Notes under the pieces: model-generated
The model's database searches: none
Seen by the model: the letters and a program-made list of their open reading frames with translations, nothing else
What the model was told of the DNA's origin: nothing
Position numbers and translations under genes: made by a program
NCBI GenBank assembly: GCA_951406725.2
Contig: OX597818.1
Span: 139,128,001-139,192,000, forward strand
From: Octopus vulgaris
Lineage: Eukaryota
Length of the DNA stretch: 64,000 nucleotides
Direction of reading: 5' to 3'
Shown here: piece by piece, positions 13,698 through 26,325 of the stretch
Layout: every line of letters begins with the position of its first letter
Position numbering within the stretch: position 1 is the first letter of the stretch

Positions 13698-13861
13698 CGA
13701 TAGGCTTCTTTTAGTTTCCGTCTACCAAATCCACTCACAAGGCATTGGTCGGCCCGGGGCTATAGCAGAAGACACTTGCCCAAGATGCCACGCAGTGGGA
13801 CTGAACCCGGAACCATGTGGTTGGTAAGCAAGCTACTTACCACACAGCCACTCCTGCGCCT
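13436..13861 (-). mobile_element. SINE family A, full length
   Basis: Colinear with 808-1214. Confidence 0.9.
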
Positions 13862-13865
13862 ATAT

Positions 13866-14260
13866 TAAGAAATAAAACATATGCATATATATATACATAT
13901 ATGTACGTACCTACCTCTACATGTATATATACACGCATATATGAGTACAGGACACCAAAAAAAAAAACGTCGAACACAATGAGAAACGAAAACATAGACA
14001 CAAACCCAAGGAACTGGACTTTTTTTTAAACAAAACAAAACAGAGTACAGGACAATTAACACAAAGAAAAAACCCCTTCTTCAGTCGCCATGGTTTCATC
14101 TACTCTACGTTTCGAAGGTGAAGGCGAGACGTATCTTCGATAAGAAACTTTCCTTCCTGCGAAAAGCAAATCAATTAAAATTTGAGATCTTTTCGCAGAG
14201 GGGTAAAAATGGTAACAAAAACAGGACAGTAACGACAGTACAAAATATAAGCAGTAAAAG
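13866..14260 (-). mobile_element. Family D element (non-autonomous, PLE-like), copy D1
   Basis: Related to 15330-15935, 15950-16330, 23505-23955 and 50657-50882; (TA)n-associated; carries a hammerhead core. Confidence 0.75.
14072..14204 (-). ncRNA. Permuted hammerhead-like ribozyme, D1
   Basis: Minus strand ACCCCT-[hairpin]-GAAGG-aaa-GTTTC..-TACG-TC-TCGCC-ttca-CCTTC-GAAA-CGTA-..GAAAC-cat-GGCGA-CTGAAGA-AGGGGT; intact core and GUC triplet. Confidence 0.7.
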
Positions 14261-14276
14261 ACATATATATATATAA

Positions 14277-14420
14277 TTGCAACGTGGAAGGTGTTTATAA
14301 GTCATTTAAGAAACACACAAAAACCGTTAGATTCACTTCAGCATTTAAATTTAATTTGCCAAAATATTTTCGTCTCCTTGAGACCGCGACCTGTTCACTG
14401 ACAAAATTTCGTGCTGCATC
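14277..14420 (-). mobile_element. PLE-terminal-like repeat with a minimal hammerhead variant (G3:C8)
   Basis: Second copy at 43866-44010; tttgtca-GTGAACA-g-stem II-GAAA-atat-TT-tg(g/a)caaa. Confidence 0.6.
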
Positions 14421-14436
14421 TTAGAAAGTAACAGTT

Positions 14437-14621
14437 AGTTCATGACACATTATTTACATTATTTACAATTGACGGACATTTGTCCTCATCTTGTTTGTTG
14501 TTAACAAAACATTTCGGCTGATATACCCTCCAGCCTTCATCAGGTGTCTTGTGGAAATTTCGAACCTGCGTTCGTATTTTTCGATGTTGTTGTTGTTGTT
14601 GTTGTTCTTCTTCTTCTTCTG

Positions 14622-14658
<37 letters not shown>

Positions 14659-14673
14659 GTAATATTCTTCTTC

Positions 14674-14754
<81 letters not shown>

Positions 14755-14790
14755 TCACCGCCTGGAATCGAACTCGGAATCTTGGGGTTA

Positions 14791-14794
<4 letters not shown>
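14437..14794 (-). mobile_element. tRNA-head/(AAT)n/hammerhead-tail element, 5'-truncated inverted copy
   Basis: Reverse complement of 14811-15120. Confidence 0.8.
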
Positions 14795-15150
<356 letters not shown>

Positions 15151-15289
15151 TATTAGTTCATGATACCTATGTACGAACGTACGTACTTACTTACGTACAT
15201 ACATACATACATACATATATACATACATATATATATATACACACATAGATGAGTGTATTTTCCCTTGTTAACTCCATTTATATATATGT

Positions 15290-15329
<40 letters not shown>

Positions 15330-15331
<2 letters not shown>

Positions 15332-15935
15332 CATATAAATAATATATAAATATATGCATATATACATACATATTATGTAATAAATAAAATATATGCATAC
15401 ATACAAACATATATGTACGTACCCACATCTACATATATATATACATGCATATATAAATATATATACGTGAGTACAGGACACCACAACTAGACGTAGAACT
15501 CAACGAGAAACGAAAAAGGAAAAACCATTTTTTTACAACAGAAAAACAGAGACGTAGAACTCAACGAGAAACGAAAACGGAAAAAACATTTTTTTACAAC
15601 GGAAAAACAGAGTACAGGACACACTACACAGGGAAAAATCCCCTATCATCAGCTGTCACCAGTTCGGCTCTAGCGTGTTTCGAAGGCAAGACAGGACACG
15701 ACTCGTCAAACTAGTCCTTCCTGCGAGAGAATTAAAATAAAATTACCTCGCAGAGGGGTAAAAACAAACAAGAAAAAAATGTAACACAAACAGGACGTAA
15801 AAACGATACGAATAAAACTACAAAATAAAATACAAGATAAAAATACACGTACAAGAAAATACAATACGAGAAATAAAAATAAACAAGAAAACAAACGAGA
15901 AAAACAAACGAAAAGGCCTTTTTCTGGCTTAGACG
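15330..15935 (-). mobile_element. Family D element, copy D2 (with an internal ~60-bp duplication at 15489-15610)
   Basis: Reverse complement of 23505-23955; permuted hammerhead at 15640-15758. Confidence 0.75.
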
Positions 15936-15949
15936 AAGGAGATTCTGGC

Positions 15950-16330
15950 AGCGCATATGTACATACCTACATATATATGTATGAGGAGGAGTGAGAGAGA
16001 GAGATAGAGGAAGACAAGCGACACGCATATATGGGTACAGGACATAAAAAAACGTTGAATACAATGAGAAGCGAAAACATAAAAACAAAAACATAGAAAC
16101 GAACTTTTTTTCGAACAACGAAAAACCAGAGAAACGAGACATACAACATAAAGAATATTCTCCTTCTTCAGTTGTCCCTGTTTCATCTACTCAGCGTTCC
16201 GAAGGTAAGGACAAGACGTGACTTCGTTGAAACAGTCCTTCCCGCAAAGCAAATAAAATAAAATTTGGGAGGGTGAAAGTGGTAACAACAACAGGACATT
16301 GAGAATAAAACAGTAAAAACAAACGTTGAG
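15950..16330 (-). mobile_element. Family D element, copy D3
   Basis: Same layout; hammerhead core at 16160-16275 with GAAA mutated to GGAA. Confidence 0.7.
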
Positions 16331-16440
16331 GGTTGTTAAGCCAAGACGATAGAAAAATTATTATGAACGCTAGGCAGACGAGCTTATGAAGGAGACAGTG
16401 TAAGCACGTTTTATTTAATGTATGTGTGTGTTTATGTAGA

Positions 16441-16675
16441 GGTGTGTGTGTGTGTGTGTGTGTATGTGCGTCTCTTTGTGTTTGTCCCCCAACCTAGCTT
16501 ATCAACCGCTGTTGGTTTGTTTACGTCCTTTCAACTCAGTGGTTTTGCAAAAGGAATCCTATAGAATGGGCACTAGGATTAGAAAAAAGAAAAGAAAAAT
16601 TAATTTAGGTCGATTTGTTCGATTAAACTCTTCAAGGTGATGCTCCAGCATGACCGTAGTCTAATGGCCCAAACA
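16441..16675 (+). mobile_element. SINE family A, diverged 3' half
   Basis: tttgtcccccaac...aaggtgatgctccagcatgaccg. Confidence 0.7.
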
Positions 16676-16759
16676 TTAGGTCTTTTCACTTATTTTAGAT
16701 AAATTCCCTTTGCTGTAATTGAACATGTTGAACCCCTGCTTTAACAATAGGTGAGTATT

Positions 16760-17275
16760 GATTCCAAAGTTTGACACAAGGCCATCAATTTCGGTGGTAG
16801 GGGACTAGACGATTACATCGATCCCCGTGTTCAGCAAAGCCTAACCTGTGTTGAGTTGTGCAACCGACATAGTGTAAGAGAGTATATTCAAAATAGATTT
16901 GCGGTGATACAATTAATATTGGTTTCAAACTTTGGCAAAAGGACAACAATTTTTGGGAAGGGGTAAGTCGATCAAAGCGACCCCACTGCTCAACTGGTAC
17001 TTATTTCATCGATCCCGAAAGGATGAAAGGCAAAACCGACCTTAGCGGCTTTTGAACTCAGAACATAATCAATAATTTAATATTACCTGTATCACAAAGG
17101 TGGCCATCTGGCAGAATCGTTGCCGCACCTTGAAAAATGCATAGTGACATTTCTTCTGACTTCACGATCTGAGTTCAGATACCGCCAGGGACGACTTTGC
17201 CTGTCACCCTTTGGGTAATCGACTTTGTCCATCTTCCAAATTTGCTGACCTTGTGCCAAAATTTGAAACCAATAT
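16760..17275. mobile_element. Cluster of diverged SINE family C copies (both orientations)
   Basis: Core gatcccgaaaggatgaaaggcaaa at ~17010 (minus); head tggcagaatcgtt at ~17110 (plus). Confidence 0.65.
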
Positions 17276-17317
17276 TGACTGCATCATCGCAAATTTTAAA
17301 TGTACTCTCTTATGCTA

Positions 17318-17685
17318 TGGAAGCACTCCGTCGGTTACGACGACGAGGGTTCCGGTTGATCCGATCAACGGAACAGCCTGCTCGTGAAATTAACGTGTAA
17401 GTGGCTGAGCACTTCCCAGACACGTGTACCCTTAACGTAGTTCTCGGGGATATTCAGCGTGACACAAAGAGTGACAAGGCCGGCTCTTTGAAATACAGGT
17501 ACAACAGAAACAGGAAGTAAGAGTGAGAGAAAGTTGTGGTGAAAGAGTACAGCAGGGATCACAACCATCCCCTGCTGGAGCCTTGTGGAGCTTTAGGCGT
17601 TTTCGCTCAATAAACACTCACAACGCCCGGTCTGGGAATCGAAACCGCGAGTCCGCTGCCCTAACCACTGGGCCATTGCGCCTCC
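17318..17685 (-). mobile_element. tRNA-derived SINE family B, full length
   Basis: Reverse complement of 18647-19023. Confidence 0.9.
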
Positions 17686-17946
17686 TTTCTTATGCTATAT
17701 GCTACTCATCTCAGCACAGGCAGGCTTTACTGGCCGTTGTTGTCGCTTTGAACATGACAACATATTCGGGAATGCCATACCCTAATTCGAGATAAAGATC
17801 ATTCCACTACATTGATGTTAGGAGCAGAGTTATACCATATGAAGTCGAAGGCCAATCAAAGCTAATGGGGGATGGGATTTCTGGTGCAGCGTAGTGAAAC
17901 GCATCTCGGTCTGGTTATTTGCTGATCATATGAACTTTGTGTTAAC

Positions 17947-18004
<58 letters not shown>

Positions 18005-18007
<3 letters not shown>

Positions 18008-18575
18008 AGCTCGGAGCTGAGAAAACTAATAAGGAGAGTACAGGAGGCGGTCGAAAAATCCAGCTTTTATATATGGCTGAAGTGGGAAGACCAAAAATGG
18101 CTTCAAAGTCATAACATGCCGGCGGAAAATAACATTACTAGGTGAGACAAGCTGACACTGAATTGGCTTTGCTGATTTACAGGGGACGGTCGTTTAGAGA
18201 ATGCGTGGGCTACGACTTCGCACCCTTCATTAATCAGTTAAAGTTGAGACAGTGTCACGTGACAACTTGCTGGGGTTGCTCGCCGGAGCCTATGCGGCAG
18301 GTATTTAAAGGGAAAAAAAATCAACAAGACAGCCAGTCGCCCGCAGACACTCGCTGACGATACATCACATCGAAGAGGCCAGGGAACAGAAGAAAGAAGA
18401 AGAAAGAAGACATGCACCCAACACCAGAGCTGAAGACACCTCCGAAAGGATGGCCCCGTCACGTCAAAACGGTAGAGGAGTAGGGGCCGAAACCGGACGT
18501 GGTTCCTCCTGATGATGTCTTGAGCTAACTGGATCCTATAAAGGAGCTGTTGTGGTAGCAGACCACGAAACACGG
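18005..18575 (+). pseudogene. 3' end of a Hero-like (R2 superfamily) non-LTR element: ORF C-terminus plus 3' UTR
   Basis: ELRKLIRRVQEAVEKSSFYIWLKW; 5'-truncated at a (TA)n tract. Confidence 0.6.
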
Positions 18576-18646
18576 TTGAAATTCATGTATATATATAGTT
18601 ACGTTTTCAATATTTGTTGTATTAAACACATTTATAGTAACTTAGC

Positions 18647-19023
18647 TGTGGAGGCGCAATGGCCCAGTGGTTAGGGCAGCGGAATCGCGGTCGTAGGATC
18701 GCGGTTTCGATTCCCAGACCTGGCGTTGTGAGTGTTTATTGAGCGAAATTACCTAAAGCTCCACGAGGCTCCGGGGTGGTGATCCCTGCTGTACTCTTTC
18801 ACCATAACTTTCTCTCACTGTTACTTCCTGTTTCTGTTGTACCTGTATTTCAAAGGGCCGGCCTTGTCACTGTCTGTGTCACGCTGAATATCCCCGAGAA
18901 CTACGTTAAGGGTACACGTGTCTGTGGAGTGCTCAGCCACTTACACGTTAATTTCACGAGCAGGCTGTTCCGTTGATCGGATCAACCGGAACCCTCGTCG
19001 TCGTAACCGACGGAGTGCTTCCC
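18647..19023 (+). mobile_element. tRNA-derived SINE family B, full length
   Basis: GGAGGCGCAATGGCCCAGTGGTTAGGGC (A box) ... GGTTTCGATTCCC (B box); five close copies in the window. Confidence 0.9.
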
Positions 19024-19840
19024 AGTAACTTAGCTAATTATTACAGTTGTTTCATGCCAAATCAGTCATGAGTGAGTAGACCTATAAACAACAAAATGTT
19101 TTCCAGGTAGCATTATCTTTTCTTTACAAAGATATCCAGAGCAACAGCATCTAAGCGTCCTTCTGTTATTTAAAACAACTGACTTGCAATTTCAAAAACA
19201 TTCAGCTGCTATAGAGAGCCACTGCAGAAGCTCACAAGTTTTCCATGTTGGTCGGACTTACTAAAATATTTAACCCTTCAGCCATTCTCTATAATAAATC
19301 TGATATTGTGTTTTTAATTGGTTTCTCGATACTTTCTTAAGTAAATATTTTGGCTGTGGGCATGATTATTATCATACTCAATACATTCACCATCAAATGT
19401 AAAGGCTTCATTTCAGAAAACCAGTACACAAGATATTTTTAACACAGGGATTCTGGAATCGACAATGTATTCTATTGATTCAACTACTCACGAAGCTGTT
19501 CTTAACATTCTACGTAATTTTAAGGAATGTCTTAAGGAATGGCTTTTGGGGTAAGCAGAAAATTATTTTTGATTATTGCTTAAACTGCTTCTGGCTAAGA
19601 ATATTCTTGTTAGTTTTCTACAAAACGATATCCGTTATTTCAGGCACGATTAGGCATCTTTTCTTTAAAGCCACATTCCTTCCGACTCCTAAGGGTTTAT
19701 TTTCTTAGCTTGCAGCCCTGTAGAAAATGTATCCACTATCCTTGTCTATAATTGAGAGTGAAGAGAATCTCGAAAATATTTCCAGATAGAGACACTTTCA
19801 GTATAGCTGCTTGCTGCAAGCTAATATAAGACAGGAATGC

Positions 19841-20240
<400 letters not shown>

Positions 20241-20281
20241 AGATGTACACATGCATCCATACAGTTATTCATCCATTCATT

Positions 20282-20322
<41 letters not shown>

Positions 20323-20660
20323 TTAGGCATAACTATGCATATGTATACATGCACACCAACACGTGCACACTCACACACACATGCATATTACACCTAATTT
20401 ATTGGCATCTTAAACTTCGCAAATCGTTACTCCGAAGTTTTCGTTGCTGGACAATCATGAAAAACAAGGCATGGGAATTAGAATCCAATGAGATTTCAGT
20501 ATAGTAAATACACTTTATTATATTAAACATAGGCTGTCAGATATAGAGTTACTTGTAAATATTACTGGTTGATGATGTAACCGTGGTTTGGAAATTAGGG
20601 TGGTTTTTGAAACAGTGTGGTGAAGATAATGGACTACATACAGTTATGTAGGAGTTATAC

Positions 20661-20762
<102 letters not shown>

Positions 20763-21263
20763 TATATATATATGTGTGTTGTGTGTGTGTGTGTGCGTGT
20801 GTATAAGTATTATATATGTATATATATACATGAGTATAAGTTTATACATGTACATATGTACACACACACACACACACTTTATATCATAAGCTATCGTCCG
20901 ACGTTGGCTTAGCTGGCCGAAACTGCGGAACCACTGTCAACAACATCCTTCCTTGTATAAGATTGATAAATTTGTTCTCTACAAAAGTATAGAGTAACTC
21001 ATCAAATTAATGTAGAATTCTCTTTGTCATAACTGAACATAATATATATATATATATATATTAAGCTAGCCAGGGAAACATGAAGTGGTATATAATGTTG
21101 ATTATTGGAATGTTTTTTTTTAATGCTAAATTCATGTACATTCACCTGATGAAAACGGTTTCGCCGCATGATGTAATAACTCTATTCATCAAAAAAAAAA
21201 AACTCGTTTCAAACAGCTTTAGTGAATGAGCCAATATCCACACACACACACACACACACACAC

Positions 21264-21297
<34 letters not shown>

Positions 21298-21329
21298 GCA
21301 CACACATCATGGACTCTCCTGTCGTTATA

Positions 21330-21610
21330 CGACGTATGAGGGTTCGGCACGAAACTGCCGAACAACCACACAAATGATTTGCTTATAATGATCAAATGTT
21401 TGTGTTCACATAAGCTCACACCCTCCATCGAATCAACATCACCTGTACAGGTGCGCCATGTGCTATATGTCAGATGACGAAATGATCGCAAAGCAACATG
21501 AAATGAAGTGCTTTGCTTAAGATCACAACGCAAGGCCCGGTCTGGGAATAGAACCTACGATCTCGCAATTTGAGTGCAATACCTTAAACACTAAGCCACG
21601 TGCCTTCACA
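21330..21610 (-). mobile_element. tRNA-derived SINE with a CORE-like centre and a distinct 3' body
   Basis: Head gtgaaggcacgtggcttagtg...ggttctattcccagaccggg; centre ttaagcaaagcacttcatttca. Confidence 0.65.
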
Positions 21611-21630
21611 CATACACACACGCGCGCGCA

Positions 21631-21695
<65 letters not shown>

Positions 21696-21731
21696 CACAC
21701 ACACACACACACACAAACGCACATACATATA

Positions 21732-22280
21732 TTAGGTTGTCCGGAAAGTTCGTGCCGATTTATAGTAGTTTACATTTCGACTTATTTTAGAACATGGTTG
21801 AATCCATGAAATAGGATTTGACTACGTCTCCATTTAGAGCACAGTTTAAGCTATCTTTTCGTGGAAGAAGGTTTATGTTCCTATAACGTGCGTTAATTCT
21901 GTAACCCTTTAAAATGGAAGATAAGAAAGTTCATTTTCGGCACTTGATATTTTGGGAATAGCTCGGCTAGGATGTGTTACTCCACCCTCCATATTCACCA
22001 GATATTGTTCCTTCGGATTTCCACTTATTCAAGTCTCTGCAGAATAGTCTTAATGGTAAAAATTTCAATTACTTGGATGACGTAAAAAGATACCTTGATG
22101 AATTCTTTGCCATGAAACCACCTCAATTCTGGGAAGAGGGTATTTTCAAGTTAAAGGAAAGATGGAGACGCTCTGTGCAACAAAATGGTTCATATTTGGT
22201 TGATTAAAAATGTAATGGCAAGTATTTATTGACCTTTTTCTTTCCTTTAAACATCGGCATAAATTTTCCAGACAACCCAA
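21732..22280 (+). mobile_element. Internally deleted mariner element with TIRs and TA flanks
   Basis: TIRs ttaggttgtccggaaagtt.../...ttttccagacaacccaa; N-terminal MEDKKVHFRHL joined to C-terminal LHPPYSPDIVPSDFHLF. Confidence 0.9.
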
Positions 22281-22299
22281 TAGATAGATGTAGACATAG

Positions 22300-22350
<51 letters not shown>

Positions 22351-22868
22351 ATCTTAACCCTGTTTCTTAGAGGTCTTTTCTTTGTAGCACGAGACCAATT
22401 ATGTTATGCGGGATTATAAAACTGCCGTCTCTCTTTCTTATATCCCTCCATATAAGGTAGAAGAAAATTCATGCATGATCTTCAAAATTAATTTCTTATA
22501 ATTTCGCATAATCAAGTCCCATATCGTGATTCCAGTCAGACTTTGAACAATTCGACTGCTTCTTTTTCATACTCAATTTTAAGTTCCTGGAAAACAAAAA
22601 GAGACTGGCTTGCGTGCATGAAAATCAGACTCACTAATTCGTATAGTGTGGTTGGCGAAATTTAAGACTTTAAGAAGAAACGGTATAATTATAGAAGGAT
22701 AGAAATCTATAATATCAAATTGCTTGCATTTTGCAATGGTTGTCGTTAATAGCGCGAAATCATTTTAGTCTCGATGTCTCATAAAATAATAAGTAAATAA
22801 ATAATAATAATAATAATACAATAATAACAACAACAACAATAATAATAATAATATCAATAATGATGATG

Positions 22869-22926
<58 letters not shown>

Positions 22927-22942
22927 TAATAATGATAATAAT

Positions 22943-22995
<53 letters not shown>

Positions 22996-22997
<2 letters not shown>

Positions 22998-23432
22998 CGG
23001 ATCGAGAAATTAAGGCCAACAGACCAGATATAGTTGTCAGAGATCATGAAGAAAAAAAATGCTTTCTAATTGATGTATCAATACCGGCAGATGACAACGT
23101 GTCTCTAAAAGAAATGGAGAAACTCTCAAAATACAAAGACCTGGAAATAGAGGTAACTAGAATGTGGAATCTGAAAACAGAAACAATTCCTATCATAGTA
23201 GGTGCATTAGGCATGATAAAAAAATATTCAGACAAATACATAACAAAAACACCAGGACTTACAAACACATATAACATACAGAAAATTGCACTACTAGGCA
23301 CTGCACGCATCCTACGCAGAACACTTTCCATACAATAACCATCAGAGCATCACAACAAATCACAGCACATACCCAAGGCACACAGAGCTGCGCTCGGTAG
23401 TGAAGTGAAAGCACGCTATAAAAATAAAACTA

Positions 23433-23436
<4 letters not shown>
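22996..23436 (+). mobile_element. 5'-truncated R4/Dong-type retrotransposon (RLE domain plus 3' UTR) within (TAA)n
   Basis: Open frame TDREIKANRPDIVVRD...LIDVSIPADDNV...KLSKYKDL...PIIVGALG...ALLGTARILRRTLSIQ*; (TAA)n on both sides. Confidence 0.9.
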
Positions 23437-23502
<66 letters not shown>

Positions 23503-23504
23503 TT

Positions 23505-23955
23505 TCTATTCCTTCTTGTACTGTATTTTTTGTAATTGTATTTTTATTTTGTATTTGTTTTTAATTGTATTGTTTTTACGTCCTGTTTTTGTCACATTTT
23601 TTTCCCTTGTTTTTACCCCTCTGCAAAGGAATTTCATTTAATTCTTTCGCAGGAAGGACTAGTTCGAAGAGACGTGTTCTGTCCTCACCTTCGAAACACG
23701 CTGGAGTTGAACTAGAGACAGCTGATGAAGGGGATTTTTCCTTGTGTAGTTGTCTTGTACTCTGTTTTTCGTTGTTAAAAAAATATTCCGTTCCATGCTG
23801 TTTTTACGTTTTCGTTTCTCGTTGAGTTCTACGTCTATTTGTGGTGTCCTGCACACACGTATATACATTTATATATGCATGTATATATACATGTAGATGT
23901 AGGTACGTACATATATGTTTGTGTGTATGCATATATTTTGTTTATTACACTATTG
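23505..23955 (+). mobile_element. Family D element, copy D4
   Basis: Homologous to D2. Confidence 0.75.
23616..23733 (+). ncRNA. Permuted hammerhead-like ribozyme, D4
   Basis: CCCCT-[hairpin]-GAAGG-a-CTAGTTC..-CGTG-TT-CTGTC-ctca-CCTTC-GAAA-CACG-..GAACTAG-a-GACAG-CTGATGA-AGGGG. Confidence 0.7.
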
Positions 23956-24299
23956 TATGACTGAGCGCCTTCGCGTCGATTCGATTCGATTCGTTTGGTT
24001 TCGTTTCGTTTCTTCTTCTCTAAGCTGGTTTATATATATATATATAATTTACTTGGAAAAGGATCCGTGGCGTTCGATCATATAATAATGTAAATAATAT
24101 ATAAATATATGCATATATACATACATATATGCACATACCTACATATGTATGGATATATACATGCACATATGGATACAGGACATACAAAAACGTTTTTTTA
24201 TGTCCTGTACCGATATATGCATGTATATATACCTATATATGTAGGTATGTACGTATATGTATGTATATATGCATATATTTATATATATTATATATATAC

Positions 24300-24342
<43 letters not shown>

Positions 24343-25250
24343 TGTGTGTGTATATAAATATATATATGCATGTATGTATATATGCATACATATATATACA
24401 CACACACATACACAGACATATGTATGTATATGAAAGTGTTTACACTAATATGAAGAAAGAAAGAACAAAATCAGCACGAATGTAATTTCTTTAATTAGTA
24501 AATATGCACCACACACACATACTCATACAAATGCTAGCACACACACACACACACACTCTTACAAACGCTAGCACACACAGAGAGAAACTTACAAGCGTAT
24601 ACACACAAATCACCATCTACCCTCTTATAACACTTCTCTCATATAAATATTCCTTTCCTCTCTCTCAAAAAAACACACACGAAAGCGCGTGCAATGTGAA
24701 ACTACTGGTGCCTTAAGGTCATCGTTGATGACAGACAGGCGAATTTCACCTCAGATCAAGCAACCTGTCTTTATAACAGGTGACATCGTTTGATGCCATA
24801 TTGTTTATATGACACGATTAACTTATCAATCTAAGTTTCTAGCCGCCATGTTTGCTTTAGTTTAGCTTCCAATTTCAAAGGGTTTGCAGCTGTCATGGCA
24901 CGTTTTTAACAGAACAGTGAAACCGTATCAAATGATTGCACGATAACAATAATGTATTTAAAGTCGACATTATATCGAGCAGTAGCGTACTTAATTAACC
25001 GTACCCCACTGAAAGTTAGCAAGTCAATTTAACCGTTTATTGGTGATGGTGGTGTTACTGTGTATCTATCTGTTTATCAGTTAGTTTTTCTCATTCTCTC
25101 CGGTGTTTCTGTCTTTCTATCTGTCTCTCTGCGCCCTTCTCTCTATTTCTCTATCTCTCTCTCACTCTCCGAGCATATTGAGTTGGATGTTACTCCGTTT
25201 TGTATTTTTCTTTCTAGAACTCCTTAGACATACATATAATCTGTACATGA

Positions 25251-25598
25251 TGGAAGCACTCCGTCGGTTACGACGATGAGGGTTCTGGTTGATCCGAATC
25301 AACGGAACAGCCTGCTCGTAAAATTAACGTGTAAGTGGCTGAGCACTCCACAGACACGTGCACCCTTAACGTAATTCTCGGGGATATTCAGCGTGACACA
25401 GAGAGTGACAAGGCCGGCCCCTTGAAATACAGTTACAACAGAAACAGGAAGTAAGAGTGAGAGAAAGTTGTGGTGAAAGAGTACAGTAGGGATCACCACC
25501 ATCCCCTGCCGGAGCCTCGTGGAGCTTTTAGGTGTTTTCGCTCAATAAACACTCACAACGCCCGGTCTGGGAATCGAAACCGCGATCCTATGACCGCA
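25251..25598 (-). mobile_element. SINE family B, head truncated
   Basis: Colinear with 17318-17685. Confidence 0.88.
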
Positions 25599-25649
25599 AT
25601 AATCTGTACAACAATATATAAGTAAATATATTAATATATTCATATAACT

Positions 25650-25800
25650 ATATCTATTTCGATTTTGGATTTGGTTTGCAAGATTCTTTATGTGAGTTCG
25701 TGTGTTGAAGCATATTCTATTGTGTCTAGGGAGAGTCATTCTCTTTTAACACACTCACCGGTAAAATTTCCACTTATTTATTTATTTTTTTCCTAAAATA
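25650..25800. repeat. Interspersed repeat (PLE-terminal-like)
   Basis: Reverse complement of ~60240-60390. Confidence 0.65.
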
Positions 25801-26189
25801 ATGATACGAGTGAGGAGTCTAATGTGGGTCTTGTATTCGCATGCATATATATATTATACAGAATGAGATAATAAATCAAAGTCTGTGAGGAGTTTTCAGG
25901 ACATTTATAATGAAATATATAATGAAATAGTCTTACAGCTGTTTCTGGGATATTATGGATATCCCTTTATTTGCGTTCGAATTATTGTGGAAAAGGAGGA
26001 GGTGAACAAGTGTATTAGTTTGACGATCGGGAAAAAGAAAAAGTCTAATAATAAATAAAAAAAAAAAAAAAAGTAAACAAGCGTTTGGCAGTTTCATAGA
26101 TATTTCAAAATTGTGATGCTATGATGCTAGGTGTTTCCATTATTTTGTTCAACCTCTGAATACACATACACACACGCACACATTTCTCA

Positions 26190-26325
26190 TATTCTTTTCT
26201 ACTCTAGGCACAAGGCCCGAATTTTTTGGGGTGGGCGGCCAGTTGATTAGATAGTCCCCAGTTCTTAATTTACTGACCACGAAAGTATGAAAGGCAAAGT
26301 CGACCTCGGCGGAATTTGAACTCAG
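26190..26325 (-). mobile_element. SINE family C, partial
   Basis: atgaaaggcaaagtcgacctcggcggaatttgaactcagaa. Confidence 0.75.

Noticed and set aside
18470-18530. GAAA...CTGATGA in the Hero-like 3' UTR as a ribozyme
   Set aside because: Could not assemble a consistent set of three stems with a UH site
18647-18725. Possible tRNA gene (also 14791-14850 and 33467-33545)
   Set aside because: No complete acceptor stem; each continues into a multicopy SINE body
19200-19800. Possible decayed DDE transposase (and a possible LINE fragment at 26360-26850)
   Set aside because: Motifs too degenerate to assign without a search
25930-25975. Partial hammerhead motifs (also ~20895-20945, 21140-21170, 45185-45215, 60965-60995)
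   Set aside because: One core box is missing or mutated in each, so they cannot be called from a single copy
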